Shown: positions 30,626 through 39,664 of the stretch, piece by piece
Layout: each line of letters opens with the position of its first letter
Numbering within the stretch: position 1 is the first letter of the stretch
From: a virus
IMG/VR virus record: IMGVR_UViG_3300014913_000011
Coordinates: 8,414-72,413 of that record
Length of the DNA stretch: 64,000 bases
Direction: 5' to 3' (one strand)
The notes under the pieces: generated by a model
What the model was told of the DNA's origin: nothing
The model's database searches: none
Seen by the model: only the letters and a program-made list of their open reading frames with translations
Position numbers and translations under genes: made by a program

Positions 30626-31267
30626 TTATCTTCCTATCAAATTATCTAATATTCTACTAAATTTTGTCAATATATTTTCCTCTAAGCTTTTGTAATCTGG
30701 ATTTCCTAAGATCTTTGTTATAAGAGAAGAGGTATGATATTTGGCCTCACATTTTGACCATACAGGTTCAGAGTGATCGTCTTCTACATCCAGCATATCC
30801 ATCACATAATGTTGCACTTCGTGTCTCCAGGTAATTCTGAGATCTTCTACCCGCTGTCTTACCATGAATACTTGCTTTGTCTTGTAGGTATAAAATCCTA
30901 ACACACGCCCGCCTGAAGGTCTAAGCCTAATGTAGTTAATTCTTTTTCCAGAATATACATCAGGTGAACTTAATTCAAGTATATTACATTCAGGAATTTT
31001 TAGCAACTTTCCTGGATTTGCCAAAAACTTGTCATATAGTTTTTTATCAGAAGCCAAAGTGCAGTTTACGGATTTTATATATTCTTCCTTAACTCTAATA
31101 TATTTTGAACATGGGGAAACATCCTCACTACCAGTAAAGTGTAGTTTCGGATAGACCTCTGGATTTGTAATAGGAATATATTTAAAATTAGTTATAATTG
31201 CTTGTAAGAATACAATAAAAAGAAAACTAACAAAACAAGTCTTTAATATGTCCAATAGTACTCTCAT
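30626..31267 (-). CDS. Membrane-anchored HExxH metallopeptidase-like protein
   Basis: N-terminal TM; GFY...WRHEVQHY...DDH. Confidence 0.55.
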   Translation of the reverse strand: MRVLLDILKTCFVSFLFIVFLQAIITNFKYIPITNPEVYPKLHFTGSEDVSPCSKYIRVKEEYIKSVNCTLASDKKLYDKFLANPGKLLKIPECNILELSSPDVYSGKRINYIRLRPSGGRVLGFYTYKTKQVFMVRQRVEDLRITWRHEVQHYVMDMLDVEDDHSEPVWSKCEAKYHTSSLITKILGNPDYKSLEENILTKFSRILDNLIGR

Positions 31268-31303
31268 ATATTATGATAAAGTACAAAAATTGACTATTGG
31301 CCA

Positions 31304-31549
31304 TTATTTTCTTGTTCTGACAGCACCTCTTCTTCTCTGACGTTCAGCATCGTTTGCTGGATAATCCTCAGGTATCTTAGGTCCTACCCACTGCTCTACA
31401 CCATTAGTAGCTACGACTTCTTCTCTCTTGCCATCAATTATCACTGTAGTAACTCCAAGGATTTCAGGCTCTTCTACTAATGTTGGATTAGTTCCAGATA
31501 TCGCTTGAACTTCATTATTATAAAATGTAAAAAATGTTTTTCCTGCCAT
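31304..31549 (-). CDS. Hypothetical protein
   Basis: AGAGG SD; TGTACTAT motif upstream. Confidence 0.7.
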   Translation of the reverse strand: MAGKTFFTFYNNEVQAISGTNPTLVEEPEILGVTTVIIDGKREEVVATNGVEQWVGPKIPEDYPANDAERQRRRGAVRTRK

Positions 31550-31577
31550 AATTACCTCTATATAAAGTATAGTACAT

Positions 31578-32201
31578 TTAGTACTTTGTTTTCCTTAATT
31601 TATATCCACCCATTGGATAATGAATGTTAGGCTCCACTGGAGACATATACCCATCAGATCGCCATCTTATATTAAATTGAGCTGAAGTGTTTATAGGTAT
31701 ATACGGGTATCTAGGAGTGAATTGAAATTGTTGAGCTGGAAATTCTGTGTACCAAAACTCAGCAATAGCTGGATCGCTGTTATCATTTTCCCATTCATCA
31801 TTTATAATACCTGGGACATCAAGAGGATATCCCTGTTGTGGTCCAATAGTAAACGGTGGGTCTGTTAAAGGTTCAATACCACTAGACGTTGCTATATATC
31901 CTGGCTCTAGTTTTAGACCGTCTGAAGCTCGATTGATATACCTATTCTTGCTACTGTCTAGTGGCCTAGCCAGTCTAATACTAAGCTCATCGTGTCCTAG
32001 AGGTATAATTGGTGCTCTCCCTCCCCACTCCCTGTGTAATGTCGGATCTTTAAAGGGAACATTAGATTCTACTTTTCTATCGTAATTCATAGGGAATTTT
32101 GCCCTACTTCTCTGATAGGTTGGTTTATTTACTCTGCCTGGATACCAAGATGCTGCTGACTTATCTGTAGTATATGTTGGTGCCTTCTCTCTATTTGCCA
32201 C
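31578..32201 (-). CDS. Pro-rich hypothetical protein
   Basis: GTG start with AGGAG SD; TGTACTAT motif upstream. Confidence 0.7.
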   Translation of the reverse strand: MANREKAPTYTTDKSAASWYPGRVNKPTYQRSRAKFPMNYDRKVESNVPFKDPTLHREWGGRAPIIPLGHDELSIRLARPLDSSKNRYINRASDGLKLEPGYIATSSGIEPLTDPPFTIGPQQGYPLDVPGIINDEWENDNSDPAIAEFWYTEFPAQQFQFTPRYPYIPINTSAQFNIRWRSDGYMSPVEPNIHYPMGGYKLRKTKY

Positions 32202-32235
32202 TAATTGTGTCTCCTAAATAACTATTCCCAATTAC

Positions 32236-32904
32236 TTAAAATATAGTACAATTAGTAGGTAAGTGCTGTGTAAGTACTTCCTTAGCCCTATCTTCAAGGT
32301 CTTCTAATGACCCATCGTTTAGTATAGTATCTGTCCAATATTTAAAATCGTTTAAATCATTTTCACTAATATCACCTGCAGCAGTTTTTGACTTTATATT
32401 GGGTCTATTTACTTTGACCATCTGTAAGGTGTTAAAATCACTAGAGGATTCCCATTTCTTAGCTACTATAGCTTCATTCTTAAACCTAAAGTCAGTAATT
32501 AAAAATCTTGAAATACCTTCCTCTTCTATCATGTAAGGTATCCGAACATTAAATATATAATCTGCCCAAATAGTTGGATTTATTGATCTTTGATCCTGTC
32601 CAAATAATTGTAATACTCTTCTAGGTGTAAAATAGGGTAAGTAGTCTGGATTAGGATCCAGCTCACCAACTACATCTGCAATAAACTCTAAATCACGATT
32701 ATTAGAATATCTAAGATCTAGAATGTCCTTCTCATCTCCAAACATTTGTTCTTCAGAGAAGTCATATAGGTCTGCCACCGTATACTTAAGTTTATCTGCA
32801 AACGCTAGTCTTTTAAATCCCATCTCCTTACCGATGATGTCATATATAGTATCTTTACCTGATTGACTTTTATGTCCTAACATAACTACTTGAATTTGTT
32901 TCAT
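32236..32904 (-). CDS. Deoxynucleoside monophosphate kinase (T4 gp1/T5 dnk-like)
   Basis: GHKSQSGKDT, LAFADKLK, TPRRVLQLFG, ITDFRFKNE, SENDL, ILNDGSLEDL. Confidence 0.9.
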   Translation of the reverse strand: MKQIQVVMLGHKSQSGKDTIYDIIGKEMGFKRLAFADKLKYTVADLYDFSEEQMFGDEKDILDLRYSNNRDLEFIADVVGELDPNPDYLPYFTPRRVLQLFGQDQRSINPTIWADYIFNVRIPYMIEEEGISRFLITDFRFKNEAIVAKKWESSSDFNTLQMVKVNRPNIKSKTAAGDISENDLNDFKYWTDTILNDGSLEDLEDRAKEVLTQHLPTNCTIF

Positions 32905-33131
32905 TATTTACTCCATTTTTCTGCTGCTGCTGTTAACCCTCTTAACTCTTTACTTACTTTTTTAAACTTCTTCTCTACTTTTTTAACATTATAACCTACT
33001 GACTTTCCAGATCCGAGTCTCTCTATTGTTACGATTACAGGAATATCCTCATCCGAAGTTGGACACTTACTGAGTATCCAATTATCTTCCTTCCCATTCC
33101 AATATGCTGCAAAGTTTATATTATTTTCCAT
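32904..33131 (-). CDS. Hypothetical protein
   Basis: Translationally coupled small ORF. Confidence 0.6.
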   Translation of the reverse strand: MENNINFAAYWNGKEDNWILSKCPTSDEDIPVIVTIERLGSGKSVGYNVKKVEKKFKKVSKELRGLTAAAEKWSK

Positions 33132-33576
33132 CTTTTAAACATTTTAATATTAAAGATACATACTTATGAGATAAACCTCCAGTTGGATTTCCAACCGAAT
33201 CTACTCCACCTACTTGCTCCTTCAGTATAACAGAAGCAGTTGCTAAATTACAATTGTTTGATAGTAGGAGTTTTAGAAATAGATCAAAAAGAGCCTCCTT
33301 AATTAATACAGAGATAGTACTTCGAAGTTGTTCTCTTTTTTCTTTCTGTTTGGTTTTATTAGCTTCTTCATAAGCTTTCTTAATTAGCAAACTTACTACT
33401 TCTAGTCTTAATCTTAAACTATCTACAGATAGAGCTGCCAATTCACTAGTTCTTTCAACTAGTTGATCTGTAACAGGATCCTCCAGTTTTAAAAGTATGT
33501 TTAAATCGTTTTCCAAACTTTCTATTTCTTTTAATAATGCTAATATAGTAGATTCCATACTAGTATATAGTATCAT
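33121..33576 (-). CDS. Hypothetical helical protein
   Basis: Leu-rich ORF; start may be 33558 (MESTIL). Confidence 0.6.
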   Translation of the reverse strand: MILYTSMESTILALLKEIESLENDLNILLKLEDPVTDQLVERTSELAALSVDSLRLRLEVVSLLIKKAYEEANKTKQKEKREQLRSTISVLIKEALFDLFLKLLLSNNCNLATASVILKEQVGGVDSVGNPTGGLSHKYVSLILKCLKDGK

Positions 33577-33596
33577 AAAAACATTAAAAAATAAAG

Positions 33597-33632
33597 AAAA
33601 AAAATCTGAGCCTTCAGTAAAGAAGACTCAGA
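33597..33632 (-). terminator. Intrinsic terminator
   Basis: TCTGAGTCTTC...GAAGGCTCAGA stem plus T-run. Confidence 0.75.
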
Positions 33633-33672
33633 CTACAAGCGTCCATTAAGTTAAGTTAAGTTAACTAACTAA

Positions 33673-34014
33673 CTACTCAACAATTGTAACAGGTCTAGTG
33701 CGTGTTTGGGACGCACCAGGAGCTGGGAATGGATTACTCTTAGGAGCAGATGAAACACCTGTCTTATGAATAACGCCCTTTCCAGAAGTGTTACGACTAG
33801 CCACAGGACTACCATTAGGTGTTCCACCTAAGAAGCTTGGAACGCCAGCTACACTACCAGCAGCCCCATCAGGGTTGTTGAAAGGTAGTCCGTCTATTGC
33901 ATTAAGTAATGCTGTTCCATCTTCTTCTGCTAGATACTGAATGCCAGTTGACTTATCAGTTCCATCTAACTCTTGAGTGGCACCTGCTTTATGGGGTTTT
34001 CCGACTAAGATCAT
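33673..34014 (-). CDS. Gly/Pro/Ser-rich small protein, likely an abundant late or virion protein
   Basis: GGAGGA SD, own terminator, TGTACTAT motif upstream. Confidence 0.7.
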   Translation of the reverse strand: MILVGKPHKAGATQELDGTDKSTGIQYLAEEDGTALLNAIDGLPFNNPDGAAGSVAGVPSFLGGTPNGSPVASRNTSGKGVIHKTGVSSAPKSNPFPAPGASQTRTRPVTIVE

Positions 34015-34129
34015 ATATATTTTCCTCCTAGTTAATATTAACTAGAGCATTTCTATCTAAACTCGATTTGCTATCTACAACAAACCAAAAGTCTGTAAGT
34101 TCAAATAGAACATAGTACAGATATTAAAA

Positions 34130-34942
34130 TTAAGTTAAAATTACTGGGCCAGTATTAAGTATAAATACTTGATTTTCATAGTGGGAGGAAGGCTTCCTAT
34201 CAGAAGTATAGAACTGACTCACGCCTTTTACTGAAATATTCAATACTTTTGATGACTTATATATGATTACTGGTTCAATACAGATGCACATACCGGGTAT
34301 TAGTGGGTGTCCAGAGCCGGGTTTCCCTTTGTTAGGTACGTTAGGTGCTTCGTGTAGGTCTAACCCAATACCATGTCCCTGAAAAGACTCAAATATTTTA
34401 AACGAAGATCCTGAGTCCCAATCTTCATCCTTTCTAAGCTTTATTACTTCTTTATTTACAGCATGTCCTATATCAGATGTTGTATTTCCAGGTATGGACT
34501 TCTCAAATCCCTGGTAGAAAGCCTCTTTAGCTAATTTAACTAGTTCTTTGTGTTTGGATCTTCCGTCTTCTCCTATAATAACAGTCCTTGCTGAGTCAGT
34601 GCAATAACCATTTTTATGTCTAAGGCCAAAATCTATGGATAAGACATCTCCTTTTTTAAGTTTCTTATTATTTGGAAATCCATGTACTATCTGTTCTCGA
34701 TTTGATACACACGTACAATATGGGTATCCATACATTCCTTTGAAAAGCGGTGTTCCACCCGACTTTTCAATAAGATCTTCGGCTAAATTCTCTATATCTT
34801 CAGTGGTGTTGCCTTCAACAGCTTGAGTAATTAGTTTATTTCTTATATCTTTACCTAGAATTCCAGCTTCTTTCAGTTTTTCGAGTGCGTCCTTACTGTA
34901 GATATTTACTCCGGTTTTTAAAGTGATTACCTCTTGTCCCAT
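34130..34942 (-). CDS. map: Methionine aminopeptidase type I
   Basis: CVS.REQIVHGFP, GDVLSIDFG, GYCTDSART, GHGIGLDLHEAP, ICIEP, SSHYENQV. Confidence 0.95.
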   Translation of the reverse strand: MGQEVITLKTGVNIYSKDALEKLKEAGILGKDIRNKLITQAVEGNTTEDIENLAEDLIEKSGGTPLFKGMYGYPYCTCVSNREQIVHGFPNNKKLKKGDVLSIDFGLRHKNGYCTDSARTVIIGEDGRSKHKELVKLAKEAFYQGFEKSIPGNTTSDIGHAVNKEVIKLRKDEDWDSGSSFKIFESFQGHGIGLDLHEAPNVPNKGKPGSGHPLIPGMCICIEPVIIYKSSKVLNISVKGVSQFYTSDRKPSSHYENQVFILNTGPVILT

Positions 34943-34948
34943 TATTAT

Positions 34949-34977
34949 ATACTATCAGTAATAAAAAAAGGAGTCAA
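34949..34977 (-). promoter_or_regulatory. Sigma70-type promoter TTGACT-17-TAGTAT giving a leaderless map transcript; overlaps the upstream gene's terminator
   Basis: -35 at 34977-34972, -10 at 34954-34949, ATG at 34942; hairpin plus T-run at about 34962-34992. Confidence 0.6.
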
Positions 34978-35025
34978 GTAATCTTGACCCCTCAGAGCAT
35001 AAATGACAATGTAAGCTTATTGTTA

Positions 35026-35895
35026 TTATCTACCTACTATATTCCAAGACTTTCCATTAAACACTAGTCTAACAAATCCGTAATTTTCCCTTATGAATAT
35101 TTTAGACTGTCCATCTACTGTTTCCTGCTTACCTTCAGGTAATTTAAACCCTTCTATAACTATGGATGCAAAATAACTACTTCCACTTCCATCCTTAATT
35201 ACTAACTCGTGTCCTTTCTCACCCTTTGGGAGCTTAACTCCAAATAGGGCACTAGAAGAGTTGTTTACTATTACATTTCTATCTGATCTAACTACTACTG
35301 CAGGTGCAGAATTTATGACTCTAATTGATGGTCTCTCAATACAATCCTCTGTCTTTAGGGCCTTACCATTTACTGTTAAGGCTCCTTTTACCTCTAAGTG
35401 ACCAATTATCTCTTGTTTCTCTTTTTTTCTAAGTACAGCAAGTTCAGTCTTTAGAAAGCTATCTAATTCTTCTCTGGCTACTCGACCTTCTAATCCCTTC
35501 TTAGTTGCGAATTCAGCTAACTTATTAGGATTAACTATCTTAGCCAATTGCTCTTCGGTAACTAGTTTTTCTAATTCCCGCCTACTTGCTAGATCTTTTA
35601 ATTCACACTTTGTCGCTAACTGCCCTAAACCTAAACTATCTATTACTGCTCTTAGATACTCTTTAGATATTAAATCTGTCAAGTTTTTCTTTAAGGCGAA
35701 GCCATTTAGGTCTACAGTTAAATTTGCAGCGTTTAATTCTTCCTTAGTTGCATACTTAGCCAGTTCTTCTCTTTTAGCTAAAGGTGCTAAGTCTGCCTTT
35801 TTAGCAAATCCACCTAATTCCTTTCTAGTTACCGCATCAGGATCTGCCTGTGCTGCGGGCTGTGAAGGTATTGTTTTCTTCTTATAGTCTATCAT
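35026..35895 (-). CDS. Fiber-like protein with ~9-residue LAxKxEL repeats and a C-terminal beta domain
   Basis: FAKKADL/LAKREEL/YATKEEL/LATKCEL repeats; C-terminal VKLP..G..LVIKDGSG...VDG...YG.VRLVFNGKSW. Confidence 0.6.
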   Translation of the reverse strand: MIDYKKKTIPSQPAAQADPDAVTRKELGGFAKKADLAPLAKREELAKYATKEELNAANLTVDLNGFALKKNLTDLISKEYLRAVIDSLGLGQLATKCELKDLASRRELEKLVTEEQLAKIVNPNKLAEFATKKGLEGRVAREELDSFLKTELAVLRKKEKQEIIGHLEVKGALTVNGKALKTEDCIERPSIRVINSAPAVVVRSDRNVIVNNSSSALFGVKLPKGEKGHELVIKDGSGSSYFASIVIEGFKLPEGKQETVDGQSKIFIRENYGFVRLVFNGKSWNIVGR

Positions 35896-35908
35896 TGTTT
35901 TATACTCC

Positions 35909-36565
35909 CTACTTATTTAAATACTCTTTTATACCAAAGAAGATTGCATCTGCTATCTCCTCATGCTTATCTGTCAGGAACTTTACCTGATCAGGGTGAT
36001 TAATAAACTCACACTCTACTAAACAACATGCCTGTACTAAGTGTTTTCTTAGCACATAAAACTTACTACCATTCTTTATTCCACGATCTTTATGCTTAGG
36101 AAAATCAAGTATTAAGTTATTTTGTATACATGCAGCTAACTTTTTTGATTCAGGTCTGGATTTATTGAAGAAAGTTTCTATACCTTGGGCTGGTGTTCCA
36201 TCATTTGAATTTGCATGAATAGAAATGAAGATATTAGGATTTTCTTTTTTAATAATTGCTACCTTGTCTCTTAAATGTGATAAAGTATTATTATCAATCC
36301 TAGTCATAACTACCTTATAACCAGCCTCATCTAATTTATATGCTAGTTGTTCTGAAATATCAAGTACGGTATCTCTTTCGTACACCAGCTCACCTTCTAG
36401 CTTTCCTACTGCTCCTGGATCCCTTTTTCCGTTCCTACCCCCGTGTCCAGGATCAATCACTATCTTTATATTTGAATGACTTTTAGTATTCTTGGATACT
36501 TCAGTAACTGACTGCCTTTTAAAGATCAAAAATATATTCTTTATTAAGTCTAGAAAAGTGTTCAT
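35909..36565 (-). CDS. N-acetylmuramoyl-L-alanine amidase (Amidase_3), putative endolysin
   Basis: IVIDPGHGG, E(R)D, FISIHANS, GIETFF, CLVECEFINH. Confidence 0.93.
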   Translation of the reverse strand: MNTFLDLIKNIFLIFKRQSVTEVSKNTKSHSNIKIVIDPGHGGRNGKRDPGAVGKLEGELVYERDTVLDISEQLAYKLDEAGYKVVMTRIDNNTLSHLRDKVAIIKKENPNIFISIHANSNDGTPAQGIETFFNKSRPESKKLAACIQNNLILDFPKHKDRGIKNGSKFYVLRKHLVQACCLVECEFINHPDQVKFLTDKHEEIADAIFFGIKEYLNK

Positions 36566-36567
36566 AG

Positions 36568-37653
36568 TTATTCATCCTCTGCAGCTAAGGCTATAAATGC
36601 TCCCTCAGCAACTGCCTCCAATGGCCTTCTCGCATGACAAACTTCTTTAACTTTAAAAGGTAATTTACTTTCTATTTTTTCAAACTCTTCCTTAAAAACC
36701 TCTAGAAAGTCTCCAGCTAAGGAGGTACCTCCAGATACTACAATTTTAACTGGCTCTAAAAACCTAGGCTTAGATTCTAACGAATCAATTTTATTAACTA
36801 TACTTTCTACCATATACTTAATTAAAGCTTTGTAATAGGAAGAGATAGCTATTTCAGCCATTTCATTTCCTGGATTCTTAATACTAATTCCACTCTCTTT
36901 AGTGTAAGTCATTAAACTGGGAGTAATATCACTTGCTTTTGGGTCCTTAGGATCATATCCTAAACTTGTCGCAGCGGAGTAATCTACATAGTCGCCTCCT
37001 TTACTTACTGAGAAGGTGGTAATAACTTCAGCCATGTTAGTTATACATACGTTTGTCATGCCTGACCCACAACTTATTGCTATTCCAGTGTAGTCCTCTT
37101 CTTCTAATTCACAGAATACAATTGCTTGAGCTTCATTTATAGCCTTTCCTATAAAACCTAAATCTGCTAGTACTCTTTCGATTACATTCTTATGATACTC
37201 AATATCAAATGGAGCGTCCTCAGGTGAAGCTGGTACACTATATACTACTAACTCGTTTGGTACAACAGGTTCTCCTAGTAACTCTTTTAATAATATTTTG
37301 AAGAGTGGAAGTGCCTGAGCCTCTCTCGGAGAAATTACACCTTTATGCATTGGCCTTCTTACAGTCATTTGTTTCTCTATAGCTACATTTAAAGAATCAT
37401 TTCCTAAGATATGGAGTTTCTTATCTTCTTGGATATAACTTACACCTGATTTATCTAAACCTTTTTTCATCATTTTAAAAACTAAGTCACCTCTAGGTTG
37501 AAGTTCTAGAAAGGAATCCCTTACTGATTTTGTCTCTACATCCCCAGATTCTAACATTCTACTCTCCACTAGGAAACCTGTCCCAACGTCTAGCCCTCTC
37601 CCTGGTAAATACTTTTTAGCTTCCATAGGTTTATTTTCCTTTTCCATCTTCAA
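36568..37653 (-). CDS. Actin-fold ATPase (volactin-like)
   Basis: Phosphate-1 GLDVGTG, connect-1 INEAQA, phosphate-2 ISCGSGMTNV, KGGDYVD, adenosine VVSGGTS, connect-2 PLEAVAEGA. Confidence 0.88.
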   Translation of the reverse strand: MKMEKENKPMEAKKYLPGRGLDVGTGFLVESRMLESGDVETKSVRDSFLELQPRGDLVFKMMKKGLDKSGVSYIQEDKKLHILGNDSLNVAIEKQMTVRRPMHKGVISPREAQALPLFKILLKELLGEPVVPNELVVYSVPASPEDAPFDIEYHKNVIERVLADLGFIGKAINEAQAIVFCELEEEDYTGIAISCGSGMTNVCITNMAEVITTFSVSKGGDYVDYSAATSLGYDPKDPKASDITPSLMTYTKESGISIKNPGNEMAEIAISSYYKALIKYMVESIVNKIDSLESKPRFLEPVKIVVSGGTSLAGDFLEVFKEEFEKIESKLPFKVKEVCHARRPLEAVAEGAFIALAAEDE

Positions 37654-38041
37654 TAAGTCTCCTTTTCCTGTAAACTAAGTTACCCTTGTTTATTTCTGAT
37701 ATCGCCTTTAATATAGTATTTTTTACACTTTTGGCATTGTCTTTTAACTCACAGCTACAAAATCTAAGTATACTTAAGTTATATCTTTTATGGTATGCAA
37801 TACAAGCTATGTCTTTCTTTATCCTAAGTAGCTGTCTATCTGTAGGTTTTTTTTGAATCTTACATTTAAAACAGTATGAATGAAAGTAATTTCCATCTGC
37901 TTGAATACTTAATTTATAACTTGGAAGGTAAGCATCAACATTATAAGTTCCAAGTCTATATTCCCTAACATAAGGTATACCCTCATCAGCTAAGATGTCT
38001 AACAGAATTTTCTCTATATCAGTAAGTTTTCTATTGGTCAT
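37631..38041 (-). CDS. Vsr/DUF559-like PD-(D/E)xK endonuclease
   Basis: TDIEK...EY...YNVDAYL...IQADGNYFH...KDIA...LRF. Confidence 0.8.
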   Translation of the reverse strand: MTNRKLTDIEKILLDILADEGIPYVREYRLGTYNVDAYLPSYKLSIQADGNYFHSYCFKCKIQKKPTDRQLLRIKKDIACIAYHKRYNLSILRFCSCELKDNAKSVKNTILKAISEINKGNLVYRKRRLIEDGKGK

Positions 38042-38636
38042 TTTTTAATGCCTTCAGCCTTTTAATCCTATCCTTAATATCTGAAGATCCTTTCTTAGAC
38101 TCAATCTTAATCTTAGGCTTCAGATTACTCACCCTAGTTTCGTCTATTGGATTGACAAACACTCCATCAGACTTATTATTAATATTATCAATTGGATATG
38201 ACTCTTGTGTGTCCTTATTTATTACTACAGTGGTATTCTTAGATTTTAACTCTTTAACCTCTTCTTTCATACTCCTTAATTCATTCAGAATTTCTAGATT
38301 TAAATCCTGAGATTGTTTTGACTGTTCAGATACTATATCTTTGATGCCTCTTAAATCTGAGTTACTTCTATGTATATTAATCTCCTGAATCTGGACATTT
38401 TTTAAATCTATATCCAACTTATTCTTAACCCTATCTAATAGTAATTGAACTGACATGGGTTTCTGTCTTACTGAATATGTTTTAAGTAATTGATTTTTCA
38501 GTGTATTTAATATTTGTATGTAGTCAGCTTCTAATACATATCCACCTAAAACAGCACTCTGAAACTCTGTAAGTGGGCCTGAATCGATTCCTAATTGTTG
38601 AATTTGTTGAACTAACTTATTTAAGTCTATACGCAT
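38031..38636 (-). CDS. Coiled-coil protein with a C-terminal amphipathic helix (candidate actin adaptor)
   Basis: First gene of the actin operon; ends SSDIKDRIKRLKALK. Confidence 0.6.
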   Translation of the reverse strand: MRIDLNKLVQQIQQLGIDSGPLTEFQSAVLGGYVLEADYIQILNTLKNQLLKTYSVRQKPMSVQLLLDRVKNKLDIDLKNVQIQEINIHRSNSDLRGIKDIVSEQSKQSQDLNLEILNELRSMKEEVKELKSKNTTVVINKDTQESYPIDNINNKSDGVFVNPIDETRVSNLKPKIKIESKKGSSDIKDRIKRLKALKNDQ

Positions 38637-38707
38637 ATACAGTATATAGTATACTAAGAAAAAAATACTTATATGTTAGGTAGTTAACAAATAGATTATA
38701 GTGCTAC

Positions 38708-38929
38708 TTAATCTGGTGAGTCTAATAGTTCTTCAGGGTCTTCTAGCTCGTATATTAAATCACCAAAAAACACAATAGCTTCTTCTTTTGATGTAAAATA
38801 ATACCAACCTTCTATCGGATAGGTATAGGAGCTGTGGTCAGCTATTGCTAAAGTATATGAACTACTTTTTACCTCATTTGGAGCAATATACAACTGCCCT
38901 TCTATTACTTTAAAGAATGCCTGTATCAT
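38708..38929 (-). CDS. Small hypothetical phage protein
   Basis: YTYPIEGWYYF motif; start reassigned to MIQAFF (AAGGGA SD). Confidence 0.6.
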   Translation of the reverse strand: MIQAFFKVIEGQLYIAPNEVKSSSYTLAIADHSSYTYPIEGWYYFTSKEEAIVFFGDLIYELEDPEELLDSPD

Positions 38930-39127
38930 GAGATTTCCCTTTATAAAACTACAGTCCAAGTCTATTACAAATGTTATAACAGTTTCTATAAGTATAACTA
39001 CCTATAGGTAATGATGTACAATTAATTAGGCAACTATAGTAAATCACTTTAAATATAGTACAATTGTCTAATTTTCAATATAACTGAATAATTAAACTAA
39101 AATCTCTATAGTTGCATTAAATATAAT

Positions 39128-39475
39128 TTAGTACCTAAACAACTTAACTGGCTTATCTAATTTTGTCATAGCACTTAGCATGGATCTACTTCCAGGACTT
39201 TTTCCATCCCAAAACAATAGTAACATGTCTCCATAGTCTGCCATTGATTTATTTCTAATAGGTCCAGCTGACGTTCCGTATGTTTTCCAGTCCGGTTCAA
39301 AATTTGTTATCTGTATTTTACTTAAATTTGCCCAACATTCTCCTAAACTATCAGCTCCCTTAGCTGCTCCTGATACTATCTCTGATATTTTGATCTCCTT
39401 TGATATGTCATTTAACGCTGCAAATAATAACCTAGCATCATCAAAATCTCGTCCACCTGCTACAATAACTTTCAT
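39128..39475 (-). CDS. DUF2493/YspA-like SLOG family protein
   Basis: VIVAGGRDF, IVSGAAKGAD, AGPIRN, FWDGKSPGS. Confidence 0.88.
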   Translation of the reverse strand: MKVIVAGGRDFDDARLLFAALNDISKEIKISEIVSGAAKGADSLGECWANLSKIQITNFEPDWKTYGTSAGPIRNKSMADYGDMLLLFWDGKSPGSRSMLSAMTKLDKPVKLFRY

Positions 39476-39478
39476 ATA

Positions 39479-39664
39479 CTAACACCTGTATTCTATAAAA
39501 TACCCGCACTTATTACATGTACACCTATAGTATTTAAGATTTGGGAATTTGATTTTGTTTTCTTCACCTAGTAATCTGGGCCTGTATGGTTCTTCTATCT
39601 CTTCCGAATATAGGTCTTTGCTTTTACATTTATCGCAATAATAATTTTTCAGGTCTATACTCAT
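39479..39664 (-). CDS. Small Zn-ribbon protein
   Basis: CDKC...CNKCGY. Confidence 0.65.
   Translation of the reverse strand: MSIDLKNYYCDKCKSKDLYSEEIEEPYRPRLLGEENKIKFPNLKYYRCTCNKCGYFIEYRC

Noticed and set aside
33646-33675. (TTAAG)n/(TAAC)n microrepeat, and (ATATT)n at about 62449-62472, as CRISPR or iterons
   Set aside because: Units are 4-5 nt with no spacers; simple low-complexity DNA beside terminators.
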